Made by a program: the position numbers and the translations under genes
The notes under the pieces: generated by a model
What the model was told of the DNA's origin: nothing
The model's input: the letters and a program-made list of their open reading frames with translations, nothing else
The model's database searches: none
NCBI GenBank assembly: GCA_030770535.1
Contig: JASVEC010000012.1
Span: 1,240,001-1,304,000, forward strand
Reading direction: 5' to 3'
DNA: 64,000 bases
Source: Batkoa obscura
Taxonomy: Eukaryota
Shown: positions 11,930 to 22,841 of the stretch, piece by piece
How positions within the stretch are numbered: the first letter of the stretch is position 1
Layout of the letters: each line of letters opens with the position of its first letter

Positions 11930-13160
11930 ATGAGTATCATTAGTTATACATTAGTTGTATTATTAGCTATTTTGGCTTATTTTTCTTCTGGTTTTATTAA
12001 TTTGTTATTTTTTTCTGAATCTTTTTTAAATGAATTTAAACAATCCGATTTATCGAAATGTCATACATTACCAGGTAATTATCTATTGAAACAAATTAAA
12101 TCATAACTAATATATTAATATCTTATTAGAATTAAAAGGTTGTGAAGATTTAGCTATTCATTACCTTTCTAATCAAGCTATCATCGGATGTCCTGGTAAT
12201 TATTTGTTACATAAAGAGAATGTCAAATTAGGTTATTCACCACGAGATAAATTAGTTCGCAACAAAGAGTCATTTATTTATTCATATGATTTTAATAAAC
12301 AACAAGTGAAGAAGTTAACCATTAATAATTTACCAACAGATATTAATTTATCCTTTCAAGGACTTGATGTTATTGAAGATCCAAAGGATAAAGAGTTAAT
12401 TCATATATTAGTGATAAATCATCGATTTAATAATATTGATTCAGTGGAACATTTCAGTTATAAAGTTAATGAAAATTCAGTAGATTATATTGAGAGTTTT
12501 TTAAATAATGAATTCAAGAATTTAAATGGTATTACTGCTGTATCTCCAACTTCATTTTATGTAACAAAAGATGTATCTACTTCTTCAGGTTTTATACATT
12601 ATTTAGAACAATTAACATTTCTTGCTTATGGTTCTGTTTTGTATAAAAATGAAGTTAATGAGGTCATTACCGTTGCTAAGGGTTATAAATATCCTAATGG
12701 TTTAGCTATAAATTATCAACAAGATTTAGTTTATATGACAGAAACAATGAATGGTAAATTACATTTGTTTAATCGAGATAAAGACACAGGTGAATTAGAA
12801 GAAAAAGAAGTTATAGAATTAAGTTTTTTACCAGATAATATTAAATTGGAGCCAATTACTGGAAATTTATATTTAGCTGGATTTCCAAAATCATTAGGAG
12901 TTTTTAAGTATTTTGAAACTTATAATACAAATGATTATAAACCGGTGGAAGGTGTTGTAGCTAGAATTTCGAATGAAACAGGAGATGGGAAATTTTATGG
13001 TAAAAATTATAAGCAAGAGATTTTATTAATGGATAAATTGGGCCCTTTATCTACTACTTCAGTAGCTGCTGCTAATTTGAAATTAAATCGTATTTTAATA
13101 TCTGGTTTACTTAATCCTGAAGGTATCTTAGATTGTCCTATTGATTTATCTCAAAATTAA
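11930..13160 (+). CDS. Paraoxonase/arylesterase-like six-bladed beta-propeller (lactonase-type); 2 exons (intron 12075-12129)
   Basis: Hydrophobic N-terminus; spliced ELKGCEDL; VINH, LNGITAV, YPNGLA and PDNI motifs typical of the PON/SMP-30 fold. Confidence 0.85.
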
Positions 13161-13338
13161 ATTCCTATTTTTTAATAAATTTAATAAAACAAATAAAATT
13201 AAAGGCCATAAATTTCATTTTTATTATATAGATAATTCAACAAGAGATAGATAGATAAAAGAGCAACTGTAAAATATAAGTAATAGTTATTAACTATTTT
13301 AAATAATAGTAATAATAATATATTAAATTACACTATTA

Positions 13339-14660
13339 TTATTGATAATGAATTGTTTTTCCAGGATATACATTGTTTTCATTTGTGCCTGTCAACCGAT
13401 TATTATTGGAATTAGTCTGTGTACCATTATAAGTAGTAGTTATTGAACCATCCGGATTAGTAGTAACTCTTTTTACATTACCCTAAAAATATTTAATAAA
13501 ATAAATAAATTTAAATATATTAAACCAACAATAATAATAATAAATACTTACTTGTGAATCTACAGTTTCTTTAATAGAAGTAGTTCTACCATTAATTGTA
13601 CTTGTATAACTTCTTACAGAATTGAAATCATTTTGATTATTATTATTATTATTATTATTAGGATTCATGTTCATTCCTGAAAATGAGGAATCAAAATGAG
13701 ACATTGGGTTGATAAATTGATTTGTAAATCCAAAACTAGGGAAATTGGCCATTTGATTAACGGCAGAATGATGAGCAGCATGATGCATTGAATGATGCAT
13801 TGAATGATGCATAGAACTATGTCCAAACGGATCATTAAAAAAAGAATCATTAAAAAAGGGATCATGAAAAGTATTATGCTGTGAAAAAGAATTTTGAAAT
13901 AATGGATGTTGATGTAAATGAGATCTAGAATCTATATAAAGAAAATGAAATTAATACAATTATTATTAATATAATAATTTTTAAACTTACTAAAAAAATT
14001 GTTTGAAAAAGGATCATGTTCAAAAAAATTACGAAATAAATCAAATGGGTCTTGGAATCCAAAATTATATCCTTGACGATTTTGGGAATCTAATAATTAA
14101 TTAATCTATTTATTTTTAAATCTAAATTTTAAATCACTTACAATTATCATAATTATTATTCATATTAGGATAACCATTATTTCCTAAAAAATAATAATTT
14201 AAATTCAATTATGAAAAAATAAAATCTTATTAACTTACTTGTATTATCATATACTCTTCTTTTCTCCGCTAAAAAAAGAACAATTAACCTCTATTTAAAG
14301 TAATAATAAATAATTCCATTTACCATCCGACAATACTTGATAAGCTTCTGAAATCTTTTTAAATTTTTCTTCAGCATTTAATTTATTATCTGGGTTCTTA
14401 TCTGGATGCCATTTCAAACTTAATTTCCTATACGCTTTTTTAATACCTTCTTCATCTTCTTCTTTGCTAACCCCTAATATTGTATAATAATCTATCTCTT
14501 CATCTTCAATTATTATAGTTTCTATATCTTCCTTTTTATTCTTTCTTCCTTTTGGTCGCCCTTTTTGAGGATTACTAGAAGTATCCATTTTTTTACTAGG
14601 TATTAAAGTAGAGACTATGGACTTTAATCGATTAAAAAAGGTAGTGGTTAAACTGGTCAT
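13339..14660 (-). CDS. DnaJ (class B-like) chaperone with G/F- and His-rich C-terminus; multi-exon
   Basis: DYYTILGV...[17 protein letters not shown]...[13 protein letters not shown]; later exon [12 protein letters not shown]; last exon ends HYQ* at 13339. Start codon uncertain. Confidence 0.85.
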
Positions 14661-15411
14661 TTTTTTTTTACTTGAAATTTGAAGTTTGTTAGTTTTTTGC
14701 AACCACTTTTTAAATTTTTAGCATCATGATTAAATCGTTTAAGACTTAACTTGACATTTCTGGAAGTTTCGTAAAGTTGGAAATTTATTGTTGTTAGTGT
14801 AGAAGGGGGAGGAGCTTAATTGAACTTTAGTTCATCTTTTTTTTAAAGTTTACAGATTGCAAAAAAGTTGATATATAAATAAAAATTTTGGACTGTTAGT
14901 TGTAAATCAAACAATAATTGATATGCATTTCTAATTATTATTGTTAGTACTTAGTTTTTAAATATATAATTTAAATTATTGTTAATAAGGTAAACATTAT
15001 AATAATACTTGAAATAATATAGTATTTACTTTATTTTAATTAATTTTAGTATTATAAAATTATAAAATTAAGATATTAAAGTTTATTAAACTTAAATTTA
15101 ATAGCTTTTTTAATTATTTAAATTGTATTAACTAATAAAATTAAGTGATATTATTGTCACAAATTTTTTTTTAACAACATATCTTCTATTTACTATTATG
15201 AGTCTCACAGCATTATTAATTTCCTTTAATAAACCTTTGTTTTTTTAATAGTTATAATATTTATATTTAGTATTATATTTAAAATAGCTTATAGTTTTTT
15301 TTTTAAATAAATAGCTTCAATAAAATTAATTAATACTATCAATTAATTAATATAATTTTTTTTTAAATTTTATTACAATTATTAATATTAAATTATAAAG
15401 TTATTTTATAT

Positions 15412-15507
15412 GAGGGTGTTTTTTTGGCTTCATCACTTTTTCCATCTTTTAAGCGCTATTTGAGTGGAAAATTTGTTAGTAAAATTCTTAAACACAAAAA
15501 TATATCA
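15412..15507. mobile_element. Sola-derived MITE copy (one end eroded)
   Basis: atat|GAGGGTGTTTTTTTGGCTTCATCAC...AAGCGCTATTTGAGTGGAAA. Confidence 0.8.
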
Positions 15508-15825
15508 TGTTATAAAAATTATTTATTTTACAAATATTATCTTATTAAATGTATTTATAAAAACAAAATGAGTTTTTTATTCACATATGTAATTTCTATT
15601 GAATTAACAAAATTTAATACTTTTTGCTATTATTTAATTAGAATATCTATTTAATACTTAATAACTTATTATAAAACTTAATATTAATAAAGTCACTCTT
15701 TTCTTAATAAAAAAATTAACCAATCAATCAACTAAAAAATACTAAAACTGTAAACATCATCATATTCATTTATTTATTTGTTTGTTTCTTTATTTATCAA
15801 TTTATTTTTTATAAATAAAAAAAGA

Positions 15826-17104
15826 ATGACATCAACAAGTTATAAAGTACCTGAGCGAAGAATCTTTAAAGAAGAGGATATGGTATTATGGAAAAATAGT
15901 CAAGGTTATCAAGAAATTTTACAATTTATAAATTATATGAATGATCAAGTAAAAGGTAAAATTATTAATAATCAAGATAAACAAAATGAAGTAAGTAATA
16001 TTATATATATATATAAAACAAAAGAAAAGAAAAAATTAAGTTTTAATTTAATTTTAGTCAATAATAAAATGTGTAAAAATGTTATCAATGATGGAAGCAT
16101 GGATTAAAGATATTAAATTAATTGAAGATGGTTCCAGGTTTGGTAATTTAGCGTTTCGAGAATGGCATAAAAAGTTAGAAAATGTAAATTAAAAACTATT
16201 ATTAATATTCAATAAATAAGTTAAAACTAATTAATTCTTTTTTAAAAAATAAAAGGAAATCAATGTATTATTAGATGATTTATTAAATGAAGAAATAATA
16301 CAAGCTAAAATTGAGTTAAGATCTTATTTATTAAATAGTTTTGGTAATAGTACTCGAATTGATTATGGAACTGGACATGAGTTTCATTTTATTTTATTTT
16401 TATATGGATTAATTAAAATTGAATATTTTAAAAAAGAAGATTGTATTAATATAATATTAATAATATTTAAAAAGTAAGTTATTTATATTATTTATATTAT
16501 TATTATTATTATTATTGTAAAATTAAAAAAATTATTTATCTATTCATTTATTTATTTATTTATTAGATATTTAAATTTAGTTCGTCAATTACAATTAATT
16601 TATAAATTAGAACCTGCTGGTTCTCATGGTGTTTGGGGTTTAGATGATTTTCAATTTTTACCTTATATATTTGGGAGTGCTCAATTAATACCAGGTAATT
16701 ATTTAAAATCAAAAAGTAAATTTATAGTTTATAATAATTGATTGAATTAAATTAGAACAAGATATTATAACACCATTGGGTATATTAAATAAACAAATAA
16801 TAAATGAAAAAAAAGAAAATAATTTATTTTTTGAATGTATTGATTTTATTCATCAGGTAAAATTTAAATAATTAAAATTTAATACTTCAAAATAATATTT
16901 ATTAATATTAAATTCATTAATTTATAGGCAAAAAAAGGTCCATTTTATGAACATTCACCAACATTATATCAAATATCTCAAGTACCTTATTGGTTGAAAG
17001 TTAATAATGGTTTAATTAAAATGTTTCAAGAAGAAGTATTAAATAAGTTTCCAATTATGCAACATTGTCTTTTTGGTACTATTTTTTCATTTGATAAAAA
17101 TTAA
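15826..17104 (+). CDS. Phosphotyrosyl phosphatase activator (PTPA, Rrd1/Rrd2 family); multi-exon
   Basis: Spliced motifs [49 protein letters not shown] and KGPFYEHSP; stop at 17104. Confidence 0.92.
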
Positions 17105-17751
17105 AAGTAAAACATTAACTTGACTTTAATTTTAATGTTTACTTGGAATTTATTAACTAGTTTTTTAAATTATTTTGAAAGGAATAAGTTGATATAAGTT
17201 GAAGTAATAATATATTACTAGGTTTGAAGTTATTTTTTGAATTTGAAAAAATTAGTAATAATATAAATATATTAATAAATAACTTAAATAACAATTATAA
17301 GGATTAAAAAGAACAACAATAATAAACCATTTTTATAGTATAAATATATATATAATAGTATTTTCTATATTAGTTTAATATATCTAATATTAATTGTTAG
17401 ATTATTTAAATATTAAAAAATAATAACTATTTTTAAAGATATTTTTTAAGACTTTGATTTTCTTCAAAGTAATCAATCTATCGAAATTTATTATTTTTAG
17501 CTCAATAGCCTTTTATGTTCAAAGACATAAGAAATTAACCTTTATTGAAAATAAATCTAATAATTTATTATTATTAAATAGATAATTTTTAAATATAATT
17601 AAAGTTAATTTAGATTTATGAACTATTATGAGGACTTAAGTCATCTGTCTAGTTAGTAATACTTAGGAATAAATAGTTTATAATTAGCTGAATGACTTAT
17701 ATCCTCACATTAATTCACATGTTCCAAACTATCTTAGTTAATTAAAGATAT

Positions 17752-17850
17752 GGGGATGTTTTTTTTGGTTTCATCACTTTTTCCATTTTTTAAGCACTAT
17801 TTGAGCGGAAAGATTGTTAGTAAAATTCTTGAACAAAAAAATACATCCTC
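17752..17850. mobile_element. Sola-derived MITE copy
   Basis: atat|GGGGATGTTTTTTTTGGTTTCA...ATACATCCTC|atat; nearly identical to 20332-20430. Confidence 0.9.
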
Positions 17851-18119
17851 ATATTAAAGAATATTACAAACTATGTTGTATTAATAATTTATTATTGAGA
17901 TCAAGTTTCTAAATATCATTTTGATAACTTTTTTTATAAGTTTATTAAAATTAATAAATTCTATAGATGTTATCAGTTACTTAATGATGGAAATTTCAAA
18001 CTTATTATTAATATCTATTTTATTTATTATTTTAAAAAACTTTAAAGCTCAATTTTATATTCATAGTATACAAATTAAATACACCAAACATTAAGGATTC
18101 TATCAACTTTTTAAATAAA

Positions 18120-18837
18120 ACACAAATGTTAAATATGCCATTAATTCTCAAGTTCCATGCAATGATCATATCCATAAAACTCATATTACGGGAACTGTGA
18201 TTGGTGGTTGAAACTTAGGTGGATCTACATCTTCTAAATGAATAACTTGTAGAAATATGAATCATGAATCCAAAACTTGGTTCTCCTGAATTCTATCTTA
18301 GTTGTTTACAATTTTCTTATACCCTAACAGATTCAAATGATAAGAATTACTATACAGACCCTTATTCACATGTTATTGGTAATTTTTATTCTTATCCAGA
18401 AGTTGAAGGTTGCTCTCATTCTACTTTTAAATATGCACTTAGATCGATAAAAGCTATTGATATTTCTATGTCCGTTGTTGCTGGTAATGATGGATATAAA
18501 GGATGATCAGCTGTTAATGCTCCATCTCCTGTTGATCATAACTCATTTAATGTAACTACTATTAAATACCAATCTTTTGGAAGAGTTAGTTTCTCATCTA
18601 TGGGATCAATAGCTGAACGTTCACTTCTTTCTATCAATATTGCTACTTCAGGTATTAATACCACTTCTAATGTACTGGATGATAAATATGCTACTTTATT
18701 GATCATCGCTATATGTCCACATTTAACTGCCAAAGTAAATATTATTGTCAAAGTATTACATCAATCTGCTACCCTAATCTTTTCTAAAATGAAATATAGT
18801 AACGAAATCGATAAATCCATTTCAAATAATAAATATT
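18120..18837 (+). pseudogene. Subtilisin pseudogene (catalytic-domain fragment), third copy
   Basis: INSQVPCNDHIH, VIGG*NLG, GSPEFYLSCLQF, CSHSTFKYALR, KVLHQSAT; in-frame stops, a frameshift and a deleted catalytic Ser segment; cut by a MITE at NNKY. Confidence 0.9.
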
Positions 18838-18935
18838 AGGGATGTTTTTTTGTTCAAGAGTTTTACTAACACTTTTCCCGCTCAAATAGCACTTAAAAAA
18901 TGGAAAAAATAATGAAGCCAAAAAAAAACACCCCC
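18838..18935. mobile_element. Sola-derived MITE copy truncating the subtilisin pseudogene
   Basis: AGGGATGTTTTTTGTTCAAGAGTTTTACTA...AAAACACCCCC|atat. Confidence 0.85.
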
Positions 18936-20331
18936 ATATATTGAACAAATCTGGATAAAAATATATTAAAAATGCTGAATAATATAATTTAAACAACTTT
19001 ATAAGTATATAGGTGAAAAGTAGTCCAGATATTTATAAAATTTATAAATGTTGTCATAACTCAGAAATAAATGATATTTTCTTTTAGTAATAACAATAAT
19101 TTTATTTTTAAGTTTTTTTAGTAAAAACTATTTTTAATAGGAATTTTATTTATTTATTATAAAATTAAGAAATATTGTTATTTAAACACCAAAAAAACAG
19201 ATTCACAAATGATTTTTATAAAATTGAGGAAAAGTATTAGAAATATTTCTTTTTAAAACCTTGAAGCAATTATAAACTCCAAAGTGCTTATCTTTAAAGT
19301 CTTTGAGTTTTAAAAACATTAAGAAAACAACTGTTTTCATAAGACCTTTGCTTGAGTTACAATTTTTATATTGGGTAACCTCATTCATGTTAGCTATTTT
19401 TATTCACTTTGTTAGGAACAGCATAAAAGGTAATTACGACAGTTAAAAACTATACCAAACTAGACATTGTTTTAGACTCAGAATACCTATTGCTGCAGTT
19501 ATATTTCATCCTGTTTCTTTGAAGCGCATGAGTATAGTTAGCATGAATGGAACTATCTAATAAAAATAAAATTGGAGAAAATTAAGCTTTGATTTAAATT
19601 AGCCCAAAATTTCAAAAAGTTGCTATTTTTGAAAGTGAGGTAGACCTAGATTTTTTTAAAGGTTTTGCAGCTCAAATTAAATTGGAGTAAAATTTACTAT
19701 TTTTTGAATTGACAACCTATAAAAAATTAAATCAATTTAAATTAAAAATTAGTCAACTGATCGGTCATTATCAATTTAAGGAACTTTTAATACCTGTTTG
19801 ATAAGTGAATATGTGAGTGATGATAAATTCATTATTAAAGAAGAAGCGCTTTATCTATCTAATTAACGAATATTATAAAATATGAATTAATGCAACGCAT
19901 GATTTTGTTTTAAAGATATTAAAAGGTTGGAAAGTTGGAAGATTTTTAATATTAATGGTTCATTACTTAAATAGAATCTGTAAGTATCATTTAGAATGGT
20001 TTTGTTTTTTTGTAAATTAATTAAATATTAGTAAACTAAAAACATTTAGCATCATTTATGTTAAATAAAAGTATTAAACCTGTTATAAAAGTTGTTGAGT
20101 TAATGGATATCATATCTATTAAGCTTCTATTATTTTTTAAAATATTTTAAAGCCCAAATTTATATTTATAATATTTGAATAGAATAGAATAAACGTTTGG
20201 TATTTCTGCAATTATACTAAGACCATGTGATTAAGATTTGCACTATCTAACATAAGATATAAAATAAAGAAAAATCAAAAGTTATAAAATTTTAAACTTC
20301 TCTCCAAATTAAAAAATCCGATAGTAGATAT

Positions 20332-20430
20332 GGGGATGTTTTTTTTGGTTTCATCACTTTTTCCATTTTTTAAGCACTATTTGAGCGGAAAGATTGTTAG
20401 TAAAATTCTTAAACAGAAAAATACATCCCC
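20332..20430. mobile_element. Sola-derived MITE copy, about 350 bp upstream of subtilisin B
   Basis: atat|GGGGATGTT...ATACATCCCC|atgt. Confidence 0.9.
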
Positions 20431-20783
20431 ATGTATTGCTTCAAAAAAGTGAGTTACTATTTAAAAAATAATAAGTAATAAAAATTATCATTTGATATAT
20501 AATTTTATATTATATTGAACTTTTATATATTTTAATAAATTTTACATCCTGAAATAAAGTATAATTTATTATTTTTATTCGAAGATCATAAATTGAAAAG
20601 CATAATGAATATTTGAATTTCGAAGCCTAGGTGGCGTGATCACTTAGAGGTTTACTAGCGTTTTTGAGGGTGACTAATGATATTGAAAAAAAAACTAATA
20701 AAAGTCAAAAATGTAAACAAGTATATATAATAAGCAAATTCGAAGTAATTGACTTTAATTTTTTTTTTAAAAATAACAAAAAA

Positions 20784-22304
20784 ATGCAACTTTACTCTTC
20801 TCTTAAAGTAGCTCTTACCTTAACATTACTTTCCAGTGTCTTAGGTAAAGCTAAAATTGCAACCCAAGTAACTCAAGATTTAAATACCAAAAGTCTTGCT
20901 CCTATCCTTGTTCAATTACATCCAGCTGATGTTCCTACATTAAATATCAATGAAAACTCCAGACTTGCTGTTGATGAAGTTATTTTAGATGCCCATGCTG
21001 ATAACGTTGTTGATGTCTTAAATACTCATGCTGAACAAACTAAAGGTTCTGTTCAAGATATCTTAGAGAAATATAAGAAAGAAGGAAAAATTAAGGATTA
21101 TCGTTTCTATTCAATCTCTAACACTTTTGCTGTTGAAGCTCCAAAAGAATTGATTGATATTTTATCTAATAATAGTCAAGTTGAAGAAATTTCTTCTAAC
21201 CGTAAAGTAAACGCAAATGTTTTATCCCTTGGAAAACAAGAAGCTATGTTAGCTGGTGATATCAACTGGACTGGGAAAGAAGTTCATTGGAGTTTAAAAT
21301 TTATTAATGCTACTAAATTACCAAGAGAAGTCACCAATAACGCTAAATACTTACGTTATGCTAATGCTGATACTGGTGTAGATTATACTCATCCTGCCAT
21401 TGCTCATAATTATTTAGGAAGAGATTCAAGAGGAAAATACAATCATAATTATTATTGGTGGGATGCTAACAAATATGTCAATGCTACTAACCCAAATCCT
21501 AAATGTGGTATTGACTCTCAAGCCCCATGTGATGATGATATCCATGGAACCCATACCATGGGTACCGTCATTGGTGGTTTAAACTTAGGTGTATCTCCAT
21601 CTTCTAAATGGATGGCCTGTAAAAACATGGACCAAGGATTTGGATCTCCCGAATCTTACCTTGGTTGTTTACAATTCTTCTTAGCCCCAACCAATTTATA
21701 TGGTATTAACCCTCGCCCACATCTTCGCCCTCATGTTGTTGGTAACTCTTATGGTTGCCCAGGAGCTGAAGGTTGCTCCCGTTCTACCTTTAAATATGCT
21801 CTTAGAGCCATGAAATCCGCTGGTATTTTCATGTCCGTCTCTGCTGGTAACGAAGGAAGAGGAGGATGTTCTACCATTTTATCACCACCAGCTCTTGACC
21901 CTGGATCCTTCTCTGTTGCTGCTACTAAATATCAATCCTTTGAAAGAACTGACTTCTCATCAATGGGACCAGTAGATGAACGTCCACTTCTTTCAATTGA
22001 TGTTGCTGCTCCAGGTGCCAATATTACTTCTGCTGTTCCAGGTGGTAAATACGCTGCTTTACAAGGTACTTCTATGGCTTCGCCACATGTTTCTGGTGCT
22101 GCTTTATTAGTTATTGCTGGATGCCCACATTTAAATCGTAGAGTTGATCTTATTGCTAAAGTGTTACATCAATCTGCTACCCCAGTCCTCCCTAAAGTAA
22201 AGTGCGGTAAAGATACTGATAAATCTGTGCCAAATAATGAATACGGTTATGGTGTTATCAACGTAGCTAAAGCTTTACAAATATGTAAAAAGATTTATAA
22301 TTAG
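20784..22304 (+). CDS. Secreted subtilisin (S8), bacillopeptidase-F-like, copy B (506 aa from MQLYSS)
   Basis: Same motifs as copy A (DTG, HGTHTMG, GTSMASPHV); intronless. Confidence 0.92.
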   Translation: MQLYSSLKVALTLTLLSSVLGKAKIATQVTQDLNTKSLAPILVQLHPADVPTLNINENSRLAVDEVILDAHADNVVDVLNTHAEQTKGSVQDILEKYKKEGKIKDYRFYSISNTFAVEAPKELIDILSNNSQVEEISSNRKVNANVLSLGKQEAMLAGDINWTGKEVHWSLKFINATKLPREVTNNAKYLRYANADTGVDYTHPAIAHNYLGRDSRGKYNHNYYWWDANKYVNATNPNPKCGIDSQAPCDDDIHGTHTMGTVIGGLNLGVSPSSKWMACKNMDQGFGSPESYLGCLQFFLAPTNLYGINPRPHLRPHVVGNSYGCPGAEGCSRSTFKYALRAMKSAGIFMSVSAGNEGRGGCSTILSPPALDPGSFSVAATKYQSFERTDFSSMGPVDERPLLSIDVAAPGANITSAVPGGKYAALQGTSMASPHVSGAALLVIAGCPHLNRRVDLIAKVLHQSATPVLPKVKCGKDTDKSVPNNEYGYGVINVAKALQICKKIYN

Positions 22305-22841
22305 TTTTTAAATTTAATTAAAGTAATATGTTGTTTAAATTATTTTAAGTTTTATTTTATTTTTAATATTAGTAGTTATAGTAAAGAGGTAATATTTACT
22401 AAATATCTAGATAAATTTAGAATAACATTAAAAGTAATGATAGATTTAATTATAATAGCTATTATTTTAAACGAGCGCATTGGCATATTTTGTCTTCATA
22501 TAATAGTAAATAATGTATGTAAATTATTTATAATTTATATTTGAATCATATCTAACATAATAACTAAAAGTAAGATATGAATTTATAAGTATATATTAAG
22601 CAGTTTTGTTTCTACTCAAACTGGCTTTTAAAACTATTTACTGCATAATACAATTTATTAAAAATAAATCAACTGATTTTAAACAAAATCACATAAACCC
22701 ATTTCAAAAAAAAACAATTGATAATTTGATTTATAGTAAAGTGGCCTAATCAATTGTTTAATTACACTTCATTACTTTTTTGAGAATATTTTAGCAATTA
22801 GTAATATAAATAAACAGTCTAATTTTAACAAAAAAACGACC

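Noticed and set aside
15424..15654. ORFs 15424-15654 and 18784-18996 sharing LSGK.VSK.L peptides
   Set aside because: They are translations of the MITE sequence, not genes.
19203..19990. Possible decayed coding or TE sequence (also 33797-35082 and 35690-35930)
   Set aside because: Slightly higher complexity than the flanks but no recognisable protein motif in any frame.
20664..20783. N-terminal extensions of the subtilisin ORFs (also 10266-10322)
   Set aside because: Homology between copies and the signal peptide begin at MQLYSS; the upstream frames are AT-rich UTR/promoter sharing a TATA-like TATAATAAGCA.
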